A stretch of 33,683 nucleotides of DNA from a virus (IMGVR_UViG_3300032330_000463:1-33683); one strand, 5' to 3'; shown: positions 1-10,348, counted from the first letter of the stretch. The notes: generated from the letters alone by a model not told the origin. Numbers and translations: made by a program.

Positions 1-149
1 CTACTAATGTCAGCAACAACATCTTTAGCTTTACCGTATGCGTCAACCAACTCCATGCCATCAGCCTTAGCCTGTTGATACAGTTCACAGCCTTGTTTGA
101 TTGCACTTGCAGCCAGTTTTGCAGCAGCAAGAATTGTAAGTGGGTCCAC
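1..149 (-). CDS. Partial hypothetical protein (N-terminus; runs off the window), probably lysis-region associated
   Basis: Not in ORF track. GTG at 149 one base after the upstream TAA; reads MDPLTILAAAKLAASAIKQGCELYQQAKADGMELVDAYGKAKDVVADIS without a stop. Confidence 0.75.
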   Translation of the reverse strand, partial: MDPLTILAAAKLAASAIKQGCELYQQAKADGMELVDAYGKAKDVVADIS

Positions 150-150
150 A

Positions 151-336
151 TTACTTAGGGAGTTGACCGTTACCAGCTAACCAGATCAATAGACCTAACG
201 CACCAGCACCAACTATCCAGAATATCTTCTTTACAACTGACCGACCTACTTCTTCATAGATACGCTTAAATGCTACCTCAGCAGCACGTTCAGCAATATG
301 GTCAATCTGCTCGTCAGTTAGTTGTATTTTTTCCAT
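151..336 (-). CDS. Small membrane protein (one C-terminal TM helix)
   Basis: ATG at 336 follows the tail fibre stop (track start 360 overlaps that gene); hydrophobic IFWIVGAGALGLLIWLAG. Confidence 0.75.
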   Translation of the reverse strand: MEKIQLTDEQIDHIAERAAEVAFKRIYEEVGRSVVKKIFWIVGAGALGLLIWLAGNGQLPK

Positions 337-338
337 GA

Positions 339-1109
339 TTAGGATTTCATTATGTAACATAATGCATAATATGGTGGTAAGTTAGCGTTAGTAGCAGAAT
401 CACCAGTAGAGTTAATGCTTAATGAGTGACTATGGTCACCAGCTTCTTCCATGATGTTTGTACCACCATAGCTAGTCACGTAACTTTGATTTGTTGGGCT
501 GGCACTAAGACCACCAACTTTTGATGTCTGACCACCTAGAACTGCTGTACTACCGCCAGTATTACCATTTAATCCATGACGATGAGCACCAGCACTACCT
601 GTACTACCAGAGTGACTATGGCTAACAATAATAGCGTCTTTAGAACCACCAGTATTACCAACCGCATAAGTAGAACCAGCACCTACTACGAAACGATCAC
701 GTAAATCTGGAGTTGAGTTAGAACCATTACATAAATACCATCCACTAGGAATAGATGCAGATGATCCAGACCAGATAATAATTCCACCACTAGGAATAGC
801 ATTATTAGCAACGTAAGCAGTCGTAGCTACCTTAGTAGAATTGTCACCTGCCGATTGCGTAGTAGCCGTAGCTGTAGCACCTAGTGATACAGTCGAGCTA
901 AATACAGCAGCACCAGAACAAGTAAACGCACCACCTACGACAAAGTTATCAGCGTCAGCACCTGTTTGCTGATCTTTAATCTGTGCCATTAACTCGCGGA
1001 TAGCATTGTTAATACCCGATGGAGCACAACCCTCAGCTATGTTAATACCGCCAATATCCGTATTATTGGATGCGGTAGAACTGTATTCACTAATCTTGTT
1101 CTTTGCCAT
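339..1109 (-). CDS. Tail fibre protein with tail-collar domain
   Basis: Collar-like IPSGGIIIWSG...IPSGWYLCNG...TPDLRDRFVVGAG; HxH motifs (HSH, HRH, HSH); C-terminal NLPPYYALCYIMK. Confidence 0.85.
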   Translation of the reverse strand: MAKNKISEYSSTASNNTDIGGINIAEGCAPSGINNAIRELMAQIKDQQTGADADNFVVGGAFTCSGAAVFSSTVSLGATATATTQSAGDNSTKVATTAYVANNAIPSGGIIIWSGSSASIPSGWYLCNGSNSTPDLRDRFVVGAGSTYAVGNTGGSKDAIIVSHSHSGSTGSAGAHRHGLNGNTGGSTAVLGGQTSKVGGLSASPTNQSYVTSYGGTNIMEEAGDHSHSLSINSTGDSATNANLPPYYALCYIMKS

Positions 1110-1111
1110 GA

Positions 1112-2659
1112 TTATTGCCCATATATCTGTTGAAGTTGCTCAGACGTTACATCTAAAGGAACTTGTGGAGAAATTAAACCTCTACCACCAGTAATAGCTG
1201 GAACAGGTATTTGTTTTGGAACTGGAGCACCTAAACGCATTAAATCCGCTAGACGTTCTATAGATTGTCTGCGAATTGCAGTAGCACCTAATCTTGATAA
1301 ACCAGCACCAGCCGCTAATGGAAGTCCAATAGTAGGTTCATAGATTGATGCACCACCAGCAAATGCACTACTAACAGGACCAGTAGGAGCAAATCTACCA
1401 AAGAATTTTAAGAGATTTTGAGCACTTGTGCCTTTAGCAGCAGCAGTAATTTCAGCCTGTTCTGAAGGAGTAAATAACCGCATTTTCTTATCATTCTTAG
1501 CCAACTGACGAAGCTGTTGTGCCATAGAGTTTTCAGCACCAGAAGCAGTAAATTTACTTGTGTCAAGTTTTGCATTTTCAAGCATAGATTCAAATACATC
1601 AGCTTTCATTAGCTTAGAATATTCGCCTCTAGCTTGTTGCCATATAGCAGTACCTGTTTTTGTATTAGTGCCAAGAATATCGCTAGCAGGAGCATTAGCA
1701 ATATAGTCATCAAATTGGTCTTTTAGTATTGTAGCTAATCGTCTTTCTGATGGATCAATACTAGCTTGAGCGCCTTGAATTACCTTACGAAGTGCCTGTA
1801 ACTCTGTAAAATCTTTGGGCATTGACGCATCTGTAAGTTCTTTAAAAGCTGCTTCAATCTTAGGATAAGCAGTAGGCGTATAACCTTCTTTACGAAGATC
1901 AGTAGCTACGGTAGCCATTTTCTGTGTGAATCTTGGTGTGCTAAACGCAATACCAGCTTGTTCAGCTTGTTTAAACAATTGACTAGATTTTGAAGCTAAA
2001 TCTTCAGCAGTAGGACCAACTCTAGGACGAGCACCAACGCCAAATGCAGCACCAGTTGCAAGACCAGCACCAGCACCAGCTAACGGTCCAAACTCCTCAC
2101 CTACACCTTGAGCAACAGCAGCAGAAGGAGCAGCAGCAACTATTTGTCTGCCGGGAGCCTGAGATAACATTTCTGCTATTTTTCTACCTAAATCAGTAGT
2201 AGCTGTTCTTGCCAATGTTGGCAATGTAGCTATTTGAGTTCCAACGCCAGTTAATGCACCAGCAGCAGATTGAGCCATACGTTCAGCAGTTGTTTCTGCT
2301 TTTGGTAAACCCATACGAGTCATTAAATCTTCTACAGCACCAGCAGGAGATGGAATTTGATATTTTTGTGGCAATGCTACGTTAGCAGCTTGTGTAGCTA
2401 ATTCAGCAGCAGGTAATGCAATAGTTCCACCCAATACACCAACAGGACCAAATGGAAGCCCAGCAGCAGCCCCAATAGCAGCAGGAGCTACTCCTCTAGC
2501 AGTAATCCCTAAACTACGAACTAATTCTTGACCAGTAGTTCTAGGAGGCATTGATTGAAGCGCATAATCATACGCTTGCTTGTCTGTAAGCTCTGTATCT
2601 GAATTAACTTCAAATGAACCAGAACCGGGAATAGTGACATCGTAACTAAACTTAGCCAT
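1112..2659 (-). CDS. Putative DNA ejection/internal virion protein
   Basis: 515 aa, Ala/Gly-rich helical with hydrophobic segments; position after tail hub genes as for podovirus ejection proteins. Confidence 0.6.
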   Translation of the reverse strand: MAKFSYDVTIPGSGSFEVNSDTELTDKQAYDYALQSMPPRTTGQELVRSLGITARGVAPAAIGAAAGLPFGPVGVLGGTIALPAAELATQAANVALPQKYQIPSPAGAVEDLMTRMGLPKAETTAERMAQSAAGALTGVGTQIATLPTLARTATTDLGRKIAEMLSQAPGRQIVAAAPSAAVAQGVGEEFGPLAGAGAGLATGAAFGVGARPRVGPTAEDLASKSSQLFKQAEQAGIAFSTPRFTQKMATVATDLRKEGYTPTAYPKIEAAFKELTDASMPKDFTELQALRKVIQGAQASIDPSERRLATILKDQFDDYIANAPASDILGTNTKTGTAIWQQARGEYSKLMKADVFESMLENAKLDTSKFTASGAENSMAQQLRQLAKNDKKMRLFTPSEQAEITAAAKGTSAQNLLKFFGRFAPTGPVSSAFAGGASIYEPTIGLPLAAGAGLSRLGATAIRRQSIERLADLMRLGAPVPKQIPVPAITGGRGLISPQVPLDVTSEQLQQIYGQ

Positions 2660-4504
2660 TTATTTCCTCTTTACCGTTACACCACTAGGAAGTGCTGGTT
2701 GTTGTTGAACTACTCCACCTTTAAGAATATCTTCAAACTCACCGTTATATCCGTAAGTACGAGCATATTCTTGTGGAATAGTCTTTGTTGCACGATCAGC
2801 ATTGCTAATGTATTGCTTTAATTGTTTACGTAGTTCACTTTCCTTCATTCCAGAAGCTAGAGCACTTTGGATATTTGAAAGTGTTGTCATTTCTTGAACT
2901 GCTACACTACCAACTGCACCACCAGTAGGAGATGCTTGTCTCATTTGCTGAATTTCAGTAATAAATGCACGACCAAGCAAATTATCTAGTAGTTTTTTAG
3001 CTGTATAAGCATCAGTACCCGGAACATTAGCCATTGCTGGGGCAGTTATTCCAGACAAAGACTTAATATATGCAGGATTATTTAATAAAGATTCAGCAGC
3101 TTGTTTTGCATCTACAACATTTTTTAATGTGTAATTAACTAATCCAATAGTTGAATTTTGTGCTGCAACTAATTCCTGTTTTTTCTTAGGAGAAATTATC
3201 TTATCTGGCTGATTAATTAAAGGAACAGTTCCTTTAGGAACCTGAACAGACATCGTTGTTGGTTTAATTTCTGGAGCAGCTTCACCAGTTCTTTGCATCT
3301 CAGCATCTACTCTAGGAGCAGGAGCCTGAGCCATTGGAGGAATTGGTCCTCTAGGAGTTATAGTAGGAGCCTGAGTTACCTGAGGAGCAACTGCTTGAGC
3401 TTGAGGAGTAACTCCACCACCTAACATTTCTTCACGAGATTTAGGCAAAGGAACGCCAACGCCAGTTTCAAACTTTAGTTTATTGCCTTCAATAGCAATT
3501 CTTGTTTGATCTGCTTGATTTGGAGCATTAGCAAAAGCAAGAATATTCTTATTTTGCTCAGGAGTAAGTTTAGTCTGGTCATTAGTACCAAACATTGTAT
3601 ATGCGTAATTACCCGGTATACCTTCGTATTTTTGACCTTTACCCAACTCCATTGCTGCACTTTGAATAGCCTGAATACGTTGAGCTAACTCATTTGCATT
3701 TAAGCCGCCAGTACCAGCCAAATCTTTTAATTCAGTAACATAAGGCTTTAATTGTTCTGGAACTGATTTTTCTAATCTACTAAAGTCATATCCTGAAGTA
3801 GAAAGACTTTCAGTTTCTTTACGTATACTTTCAATATCTTTATTATTTGCTTCACGTTGTTTTGCAGCTTTTTCTCCGGGAACTCCAGATAAACGCGAAT
3901 TAATATCCAATAATTGCATTCTACGTTGCTCTAATTGACCTAAACGATTGCTTGCTGTAGTTGTCATATCAGGCAATACAGTACCTTCTGGTTGAGCAGT
4001 AGATTCAGTAGTAGCAGGAGTAGCAGTAGGAGCAATAGCAGTAGCAGCAGGAGCGCCAGATATAGCTGCTTGAATAGGAGCATTTTCAGCCCACATCTTC
4101 AAGAATCCTTGTGGATCAGCTAAAAGAGCAGCCTTCATTGTTGGATCGTTAGCAAAACGTGGATCTTGCAAAACAGCATTAATAGCTTGTTGTGTAGCTG
4201 CATTTTGCTGCATTTGCAAACGCATCTGAGCTAACTTTTGAGCATTAGCCATTTGCTCTATACCGCCTTGATATGCCTGTCCTGATGCGCCATAACCAGC
4301 ACCTAAAGCACCCAATATATTCTGAGTAGCGGAACGTCTAGGACCTTGCCTACCCATGCCAGCAGCCAAAGCAGCAGCCGTACCTAATAGACCAGCCACG
4401 TTAGATTGTTGAGATAATGTAGCTGCATCTTGTGGTCCCAATAATCCTTCATACATTGGATTTTGCTGACCAAATACATTAGGAATGTAATCATAGAGTG
4501 CCAT
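2660..4504 (-). CDS. Putative DNA ejection/internal virion protein
   Basis: 614 aa, Gln/Ala-rich coiled coils and Pro/Ala/Thr linkers; same positional argument. Confidence 0.6.
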   Translation of the reverse strand: MALYDYIPNVFGQQNPMYEGLLGPQDAATLSQQSNVAGLLGTAAALAAGMGRQGPRRSATQNILGALGAGYGASGQAYQGGIEQMANAQKLAQMRLQMQQNAATQQAINAVLQDPRFANDPTMKAALLADPQGFLKMWAENAPIQAAISGAPAATAIAPTATPATTESTAQPEGTVLPDMTTTASNRLGQLEQRRMQLLDINSRLSGVPGEKAAKQREANNKDIESIRKETESLSTSGYDFSRLEKSVPEQLKPYVTELKDLAGTGGLNANELAQRIQAIQSAAMELGKGQKYEGIPGNYAYTMFGTNDQTKLTPEQNKNILAFANAPNQADQTRIAIEGNKLKFETGVGVPLPKSREEMLGGGVTPQAQAVAPQVTQAPTITPRGPIPPMAQAPAPRVDAEMQRTGEAAPEIKPTTMSVQVPKGTVPLINQPDKIISPKKKQELVAAQNSTIGLVNYTLKNVVDAKQAAESLLNNPAYIKSLSGITAPAMANVPGTDAYTAKKLLDNLLGRAFITEIQQMRQASPTGGAVGSVAVQEMTTLSNIQSALASGMKESELRKQLKQYISNADRATKTIPQEYARTYGYNGEFEDILKGGVVQQQPALPSGVTVKRK

Positions 4505-4511
4505 ACACCAC

Positions 4512-5012
4512 CTATATTAAAGAAATTGGTTGTGGACGGATAACCGTAGATTGCTGAGGATTCAATAAACTCATGTAATCCATTGGCTGAACTTGACCAC
4601 GATGTATTTGACCGGGTTGAGCAAAATGCACTTGTGGCTGTTGCATTAAGCTACTAGCAGCTTTCATGCCTAATTGGGTTGCCATTTGATTCTTATTCAT
4701 CCAATCATTAGCAGCAGTAATATCTTTCCAAGCACCACCTAGTGTTTCAGAACCTAATAATGTGTTTCCACCAATGCTACTAGCAGGACCACTCATCCCA
4801 CCAACTATTTGACCTTGACCAAGAGCACTAACAAAAGGATTGCTAGAAGCCATAAATGGAGCCGCTTGAGAAACAATACCCGGCAATGAAGCAGCCGTAG
4901 CCTCAGCCGCAAATGGAGCCGCTAATGCAGTAGTGCTTGCAAGCGCAGGAATAGATGTTGCTGCTGGTAAAAGTTCAGCCGCAATAAGACTTCCGCTAAT
5001 TGGATCAGCCAT
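4512..5012 (-). CDS. Putative small internal virion protein
   Basis: 166 aa Ala/Gly/Ser-rich, MADPIS start, TAATG-coupled to upstream gene. Confidence 0.5.
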   Translation of the reverse strand: MADPISGSLIAAELLPAATSIPALASTTALAAPFAAEATAASLPGIVSQAAPFMASSNPFVSALGQGQIVGGMSGPASSIGGNTLLGSETLGGAWKDITAANDWMNKNQMATQLGMKAASSLMQQPQVHFAQPGQIHRGQVQPMDYMSLLNPQQSTVIRPQPISLI

Positions 5013-5746
5013 TATTTACCCCCTTGTGGAGTAGCTTGCTGAACTGTAGTAGTTCCTTGAGGAACGCTAGAGAATAAGTTAGCAAACTGACTTAGCTTCA
5101 TCTGTGGCAGGTTTTGCTCAAAGTTATAACGATTCATAGCATCTTGTAACTGAGCAGCACTCTGAGCCTCTTTAGCACCACCAACGCTAAGTAAACGCTG
5201 TATATCAGCATAATCCTGAGCAGCCATCTGAGGAGCCGCACCAACAGCAGCCATTTGACGCTGACGTTCCGCTTCAGCAGAGTTATACGCTAACTGACCA
5301 CCTTGTTCCGCTAATGCGCGAGCAAATACATCCTGAGCTTGACCTGTTAGCTGACCTTGAGCAGCAGAACCATAACGACCTACTGACGATGCACCTGACT
5401 GTAGTTTCTGGATGTTGCGTAAGTAATCTTCACCAGCTAGACGATTCGTTTGCTCTAAAGCACCCGCTAGGAATGGATTAACACCCTTACCTTGAATCGT
5501 AGCCAATGTCTCAGCCTGTGCAGCTTGAGTTAGCGGAGAACCTGCTATAGCTCGATTCTGAGCCATCTGCAAGGCTTGCTCAGTCTGTGCCGATGGAGAT
5601 ACGTAAGTCTGTTGTGGGAAGAATGAAGGATTAGATGACTCATAGAGTCGCTTGCCTTCTTCTAAGCCATATTGAACATACGGAGCAATCGTAGGATCGA
5701 TACTCGTAGTTGTCGTACTTTTTTGAGTTCCGCCGCCGCCACCCAT
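5012..5746 (-). CDS. Putative DNA transfer/pilot protein (P22 gp7-like position)
   Basis: MGGGGG-TQKSTTT N-terminus, Gln/Ala-rich helices, first gene of the ejection cluster. Confidence 0.55.
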   Translation of the reverse strand: MGGGGGTQKSTTTTSIDPTIAPYVQYGLEEGKRLYESSNPSFFPQQTYVSPSAQTEQALQMAQNRAIAGSPLTQAAQAETLATIQGKGVNPFLAGALEQTNRLAGEDYLRNIQKLQSGASSVGRYGSAAQGQLTGQAQDVFARALAEQGGQLAYNSAEAERQRQMAAVGAAPQMAAQDYADIQRLLSVGGAKEAQSAAQLQDAMNRYNFEQNLPQMKLSQFANLFSSVPQGTTTVQQATPQGGK

Positions 5747-5748
5747 AA

Positions 5749-6147
5749 TTACACCTCACAAATCCATTGTTTTGGACGGAACCCGTAATCAGCCGCCCTT
5801 TTAGCCCAACCACGTCTATGACTAGAAAATGTTATGTACTTAACCTTAGCCTCTGCCGCCATGCCTTTTATGTATTTTAAGGCATTTTCGACAACATCAT
5901 AACTATTTTCTAACGAATAAGCAGCCCATAGATGCATAGTCTCACCTTGTGGCTGTATGACAAAGAATCCAGCGTAGTGGTTATTCTCTATCAGTACAAA
6001 TAACAGACTTTTTTGATTGAAACAGTCCGTATATACATCTTCAACTATCCAGTTTTCTGGACTCCTACTTTTAATCTTATCTAAGCCAGTTCTTACACTA
6101 GCCCACCATTGTCGCAATTCCTGTGGAGCAATATATCTATACTCCAT
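5749..6147 (-). CDS. GNAT-fold-like virion assembly protein (P22 gp14-like position)
   Basis: 132 aa; MHLWAAYS ... AAEAKVKYITFSSHRRGWAK pattern; lies between tail hub and ejection genes. Confidence 0.5.
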   Translation of the reverse strand: MEYRYIAPQELRQWWASVRTGLDKIKSRSPENWIVEDVYTDCFNQKSLLFVLIENNHYAGFFVIQPQGETMHLWAAYSLENSYDVVENALKYIKGMAAEAKVKYITFSSHRRGWAKRAADYGFRPKQWICEV

Positions 6148-6464
6148 TAACCCACCACAATGTAACCATACGTTTTACCTGATGTAATGTTGGCTGCATG
6201 AGTTATTGTTGCACTTCCTATAGTTTGACTGCTTACATATACACCAGTAGCAACCGATACAGCAGCCAAAGGAGTGAAAAATATAAGACTTTCCTTACCT
6301 ATACGACCATCAGAAAGAGTAGTTGTTGTAGCTCCACCTGTAGCTAACGTCACAGTACCAGTATTATTCGTCTTACCGTCCATAATCCCACGAACTACCT
6401 CAGATACTTGACGTTCATCAGCACCAAATACAGGTAACGTCCTAAATTGAGCACTTCTAGTCAT
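6147..6464 (-). CDS. Putative tail/virion structural protein
   Basis: 105 aa, N-terminal helix then Thr/Gly-rich beta strands; coupled to both neighbours. Confidence 0.5.
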   Translation of the reverse strand: MTRSAQFRTLPVFGADERQVSEVVRGIMDGKTNNTGTVTLATGGATTTTLSDGRIGKESLIFFTPLAAVSVATGVYVSSQTIGSATITHAANITSGKTYGYIVVG

Positions 6465-7885
6465 CGATTACCTTGCGTAGTAATGTCAATCTCACAACCT
6501 ACAATAGTTTCCCAATTGGCATTAGTCGGAGTTACCTTAATTCGATGGTAATTACCGTTAGCTCTTAATGGCACTCGATTGTCTGAGTCTGGTGTAGCTG
6601 TTGTTCCAAATTCAACGCTATCTGACAATAGTTTTCTACTGGCAACTGTGACTGATGCGATTCCATTATCAACAATAGGTTTTGCCAATGTAATAATAGA
6701 ACGTCCAATATCTATATCTCCAGAAGTAATGTAAGCAGACTGCAATGCACCAGAGAAAATAACAATCTTCTGGCTCCTAACACCAACAAATATAAGCTGA
6801 CCACCAGCCCAAACACGCGAATCTAACGGAATATCTAATGCATCTAAGTTATTGTTGTAGTTATCTATCTGCTCAAGTGTGGCACTAGGTGTCAGAGCAT
6901 ACGCTAAGTAATTAACGTCCGTTAAACCATACGACCACTTGTTTAAATCAATAGAGTAGTACAGCAAGAATCGCTTACCAAAGTTATTCTTAAAGTTCCA
7001 GATAACTAATTTACGTACCGGATCAATAGTCGCACTCATGCCAGTCTGTATTTCAGTCAAACTGACATTATTAAAGAACCAACGATTGATCTTTTCTACT
7101 CCGATATTCTTAACTGACTTGCCATCACATACGTAAAATCCATCATCAGATAAGAAATACGTTAGATTGCCAAACTGAGCAATAGAGCCGTTAGTAGTGC
7201 ATCCTAATGTGCGAGATATAGCGTCAAACTGGAAGAAGAACGGACTACCTGCATACGACATACGATAGATAGCACGTTCTAAGAAGATTAGACCGTACTC
7301 ACCACCAGCTATGCCTGTAATATCCCCACCATCAGCCAATACTTGAGAATCAGCCTGTGAAGCTGTGCTAGGAGTCCAGTCAGTCTCATCATTAATATCT
7401 GACCAATAGACTTTATTTTCCTCATTAGCAAGATTAGCAGCTACCACAAAGTCTCGAACTACCGTTACATATTTAGCAGCAGGAGCAGTAGCAGCCAAAT
7501 CAGTAAAGTAAGTAGATGAACTTAAATCATAAGACTGTAACTGATCTTTACCATTGGCTAAGATCATCTTAGAGCCAAATTGTGTAATATCCCATGACTC
7601 TACATCCGTATAACCTGTGGTAGTTACCGCCGTTAATGCAGTATTACTAGGATTAAACTTGTAAATTTGTGTAGCACCGGCAGCGAATAACGTAGACGCA
7701 CCAGCGAACTTACCAGCAAATGCTACTAGTAAGTTCTGACCTGCATTAGCAGAATAATCTACAGCTTCACGTAATGGAGCATAGCCATTAGTAACAGGAT
7801 AACAATTATAGGCATCAGTTACAGCACCAGTAATACTAGGCTGATCTGGCAACCACTCACCAAATATAATCTTTTGCTTTGCCAT
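6461..7885 (-). CDS. Tail hub / packaged-DNA stabilisation protein (P22 gp10-like)
   Basis: 474 aa predicted beta-propeller-like; motifs YWSDIND, IFLERAIYRM, YFLSDDGFY; position in tail module. Confidence 0.7.
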   Translation of the reverse strand: MAKQKIIFGEWLPDQPSITGAVTDAYNCYPVTNGYAPLREAVDYSANAGQNLLVAFAGKFAGASTLFAAGATQIYKFNPSNTALTAVTTTGYTDVESWDITQFGSKMILANGKDQLQSYDLSSSTYFTDLAATAPAAKYVTVVRDFVVAANLANEENKVYWSDINDETDWTPSTASQADSQVLADGGDITGIAGGEYGLIFLERAIYRMSYAGSPFFFQFDAISRTLGCTTNGSIAQFGNLTYFLSDDGFYVCDGKSVKNIGVEKINRWFFNNVSLTEIQTGMSATIDPVRKLVIWNFKNNFGKRFLLYYSIDLNKWSYGLTDVNYLAYALTPSATLEQIDNYNNNLDALDIPLDSRVWAGGQLIFVGVRSQKIVIFSGALQSAYITSGDIDIGRSIITLAKPIVDNGIASVTVASRKLLSDSVEFGTTATPDSDNRVPLRANGNYHRIKVTPTNANWETIVGCEIDITTQGNR

Positions 7886-8532
7886 TACTGTCTAGCCCAA
7901 TTAGTAGTTTCTGGAGTTACTACAGTCCATTCGTAACCAATAAAGTCACCAATAGCACCCACAGTAGCATTACCAGTAATAGACGCAGATTTAACAAATA
8001 TACCTGTACCAAGAGCAGTAACTGACGCATTGCCAGTAATACTTGCGTTAGAACCGAAAACAGATATGCCATTAGCTGTAACAGTTGTAACAGAAGTAAT
8101 TGCTGCTACGCCAACCTTTACATCAGTAACAGCAATCGATGCCTGAGCATTGCCTGTAATGCTTGCAGCACCTGTAAATGTCTGAGTACCTATAGCCGTT
8201 ACAGTAGCATTTCCTGTAATAGCAGCACTAGGTTCGGTATCCTCGTTCTCGCAATACCCACCAACCCAATAGCCGCTAACAACGTATAGATCAGGAACGC
8301 ATTGAGCAGTTACAGTCGCATTACCTGTAATAGACGCAGTTCCGAAAGTAAAGTCTACTGCCTTTGCTGTTACTGTAGCAGTAGCCGTGATAGATGCTAC
8401 ACCGCCAGTATCTTCATTCTCGCAATAGCCAGCATCCCAATAACCAGCCGTTACGTATAGATCAGGTTGGCTTAGGTCACCTTCACCATAGCCTTGAACC
8501 CAATAGTCGAAGTCGACATAATTAGTTGCCAT
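7885..8532 (-). CDS. Repeat-rich virion protein
   Basis: About seven ASITGNATVTA-like repeats plus duplicated PDLYV..GYW..GYCENEDT block. Confidence 0.65.
   Translation of the reverse strand: MATNYVDFDYWVQGYGEGDLSQPDLYVTAGYWDAGYCENEDTGGVASITATATVTAKAVDFTFGTASITGNATVTAQCVPDLYVVSGYWVGGYCENEDTEPSAAITGNATVTAIGTQTFTGAASITGNAQASIAVTDVKVGVAAITSVTTVTANGISVFGSNASITGNASVTALGTGIFVKSASITGNATVGAIGDFIGYEWTVVTPETTNWARQ
8237..8466. repeat. Intragenic ~59-bp imperfect direct duplication (8237-8295 and 8408-8466)
   Basis: Both copies encode PDLYV(TA/VS)GYW(DA/VG)GYCENEDT. Confidence 0.8.
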
Positions 8533-8893
8533 TGACCTCTACCCACGCTTGAGTTTCCTCATCCCATGAGTACATCTTTTCATCCGTAGGTCTAGCTACT
8601 GGAGGATGCCATACAACATTGGAATCTAATGTCCAACTTGGATAAGGCTGTGGAGGAATAAATGCATCTATATTTGCTTGATAAGTAAAACCAATACCAG
8701 CATAGTTTCCACGATAAGGAGTGCCGCCATTAGTATGAACATTGCCTAAAGTATTGTAGCTAGTACGTTTACATACTTGCCCACGAAAATCACCATACCA
8801 AACTTCCCAATTAATATCATCTTCGCCTTCGTTTTTACCAACGATTACCTCAGTAACAATATTGTTTTCATCAAGAAATGCGTAGTGAGCCAT
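8522..8893 (-). CDS. Conserved phage protein associated with Gly-rich fibres
   Basis: MAHYAFLDENNIVTEVIVG ... RTSYN ... RGNYAGIGFTY ... FIPPQPYPSW, a family I recognise next to Gly-rich tail genes. Confidence 0.7.
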   Translation of the reverse strand: MAHYAFLDENNIVTEVIVGKNEGEDDINWEVWYGDFRGQVCKRTSYNTLGNVHTNGGTPYRGNYAGIGFTYQANIDAFIPPQPYPSWTLDSNVVWHPPVARPTDEKMYSWDEETQAWVEVNGN

Positions 8894-8894
8894 T

Positions 8895-9503
8895 TTATTC
8901 TTCCCTCAAATTCAGTCCAGTTAAAGTTTCATCCGAACCTATATGACCTTTAACAAACGTATTAAATGCAATACTGATTCTTGTGTTGTCACCTTCTTTA
9001 GTCTGTACCATGTGCGTTAGATGCGATGGGAATAGAATTAAATCTCCAGCACCAACTTCAAACCACCACGACTCAGAATTGTAAGGATTAAACTCTTTAG
9101 CAGGAACTTTAATGCGCTCGTAGCCATCCTTGTAAAAATAAATCTTATCTACCGCACGATCAGCCTGTGGATAGAACACACCAGACACTACGCTATTTGG
9201 GTGAGCGTGTTTATGGTGATGCTGTCCTTTTTCAGTATAGTTAGCCCAACTCTGCGTTAGATACAAACTTACGTCAAACTTTGGTGCATGAGTTGCTTTA
9301 AAATACTCCAGCATTGAATATTCAATAAAGTCACGAATTTCTGTTAATTCTTTATTCTTTAAAATCTTGCGATCCTTGCTAGTAGTATTACCTTCATTAG
9401 CGTAATGCTCCTGACCTTTAATAAAACTTAGTTCAGACTCAGTCAAATCACGACCAAATTTAAAGAAAGCTACTGCGGTAGGAAATAGATTATTTATTAC
9501 CAT
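8895..9503 (-). CDS. 2OG-Fe(II) oxygenase (TIGR02466-like)
   Basis: SWAN, HxHPNS, SGVFY, GDLILFPSHLTHMV, RISIAFN motifs. Confidence 0.85.
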   Translation of the reverse strand: MVINNLFPTAVAFFKFGRDLTESELSFIKGQEHYANEGNTTSKDRKILKNKELTEIRDFIEYSMLEYFKATHAPKFDVSLYLTQSWANYTEKGQHHHKHAHPNSVVSGVFYPQADRAVDKIYFYKDGYERIKVPAKEFNPYNSESWWFEVGAGDLILFPSHLTHMVQTKEGDNTRISIAFNTFVKGHIGSDETLTGLNLREE

Positions 9504-10348
9504 GAAACATTACCTGTACCAGCAGTAAACGTATAAATAGTATTTCCTCCTGATGTGGTTTTTGTATAAGTTAAACCACCATCAATTGAGGATAAATCAG
9601 CATTTGTAGATGGGTAACTAATAATTACAACACCAGAACCACCACCAGCACCAGTTGAATATGGAGCAGCACCATAAGCACCGCCTCCTCCACCACCTAA
9701 ATTAGCCGTACCTGCAACTGCTGCAACTGCATTCGTAGTTCCTCCAGCTCCACCCCCACCAGAACCGCCAGCCGCACCGGGGTTTCCAGAGCCGCCACCG
9801 CCTCCGCTATAGGTTACTGAACTTCCTGAAAGCGATGAAGCCGTACCATTGCCACCTACGCCACCGGGGGAACCTGATTGTGTTCCGCCTGTCGCACTTG
9901 CGCCGCCTCCGCCACCGCCAAATGTTCCACCATTACCGCCACTATTTCCTTGTGATGGAGATGTTGAAGGCGTGTTTCCAGCTCCACCAGTAGTCGTTCC
10001 AGCACTATGACCGCCGCCGCCCGAACCTCCGCTTGCAGCAGCTAAATTAGAACCATTCCAACCGCCACCATAACCACCACCATTACTTGTAATTGTAGAA
10101 AAAGTAGAATTCCCACCAGAAGTAAGTGCAGCTCCACCAGCTCCTACAGTAACGGTGTAAGAAGTTGAAGCAGAAACAGCCAAACTTGTATCAGTTCTAA
10201 AGCCACCAGCTCCACCCCCACCAGCAGATGACGTTCCGGGGTTTCCAGAGCCGCCGCCGCCGCCGCCAGCCACAACAAGATAACTTACGCTAGTTGGTGC
10301 GGCAGACCCACCAGCCATTGCTTGCATTAATTTAGTAAAAGCAAACAT
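9497..10348 (-). CDS. Glycine-rich tail fibre/adhesin-like protein
   Basis: YLVVAGGGGGG, YTVTVGAGG, ANLGGGGGG, GGSGVVIISY polyglycine motifs. Confidence 0.75.
   Translation of the reverse strand: MFAFTKLMQAMAGGSAAPTSVSYLVVAGGGGGGSGNPGTSSAGGGGAGGFRTDTSLAVSASTSYTVTVGAGGAALTSGGNSTFSTITSNGGGYGGGWNGSNLAAASGGSGGGGHSAGTTTGGAGNTPSTSPSQGNSGGNGGTFGGGGGGASATGGTQSGSPGGVGGNGTASSLSGSSVTYSGGGGGSGNPGAAGGSGGGGAGGTTNAVAAVAGTANLGGGGGGAYGAAPYSTGAGGGSGVVIISYPSTNADLSSIDGGLTYTKTTSGGNTIYTFTAGTGNVSW

Noticed and set aside
9497-10348. GCC/CCG-rich repeats
   Set aside because: Explained by polyglycine coding; not CRISPR or a DNA-level repeat.
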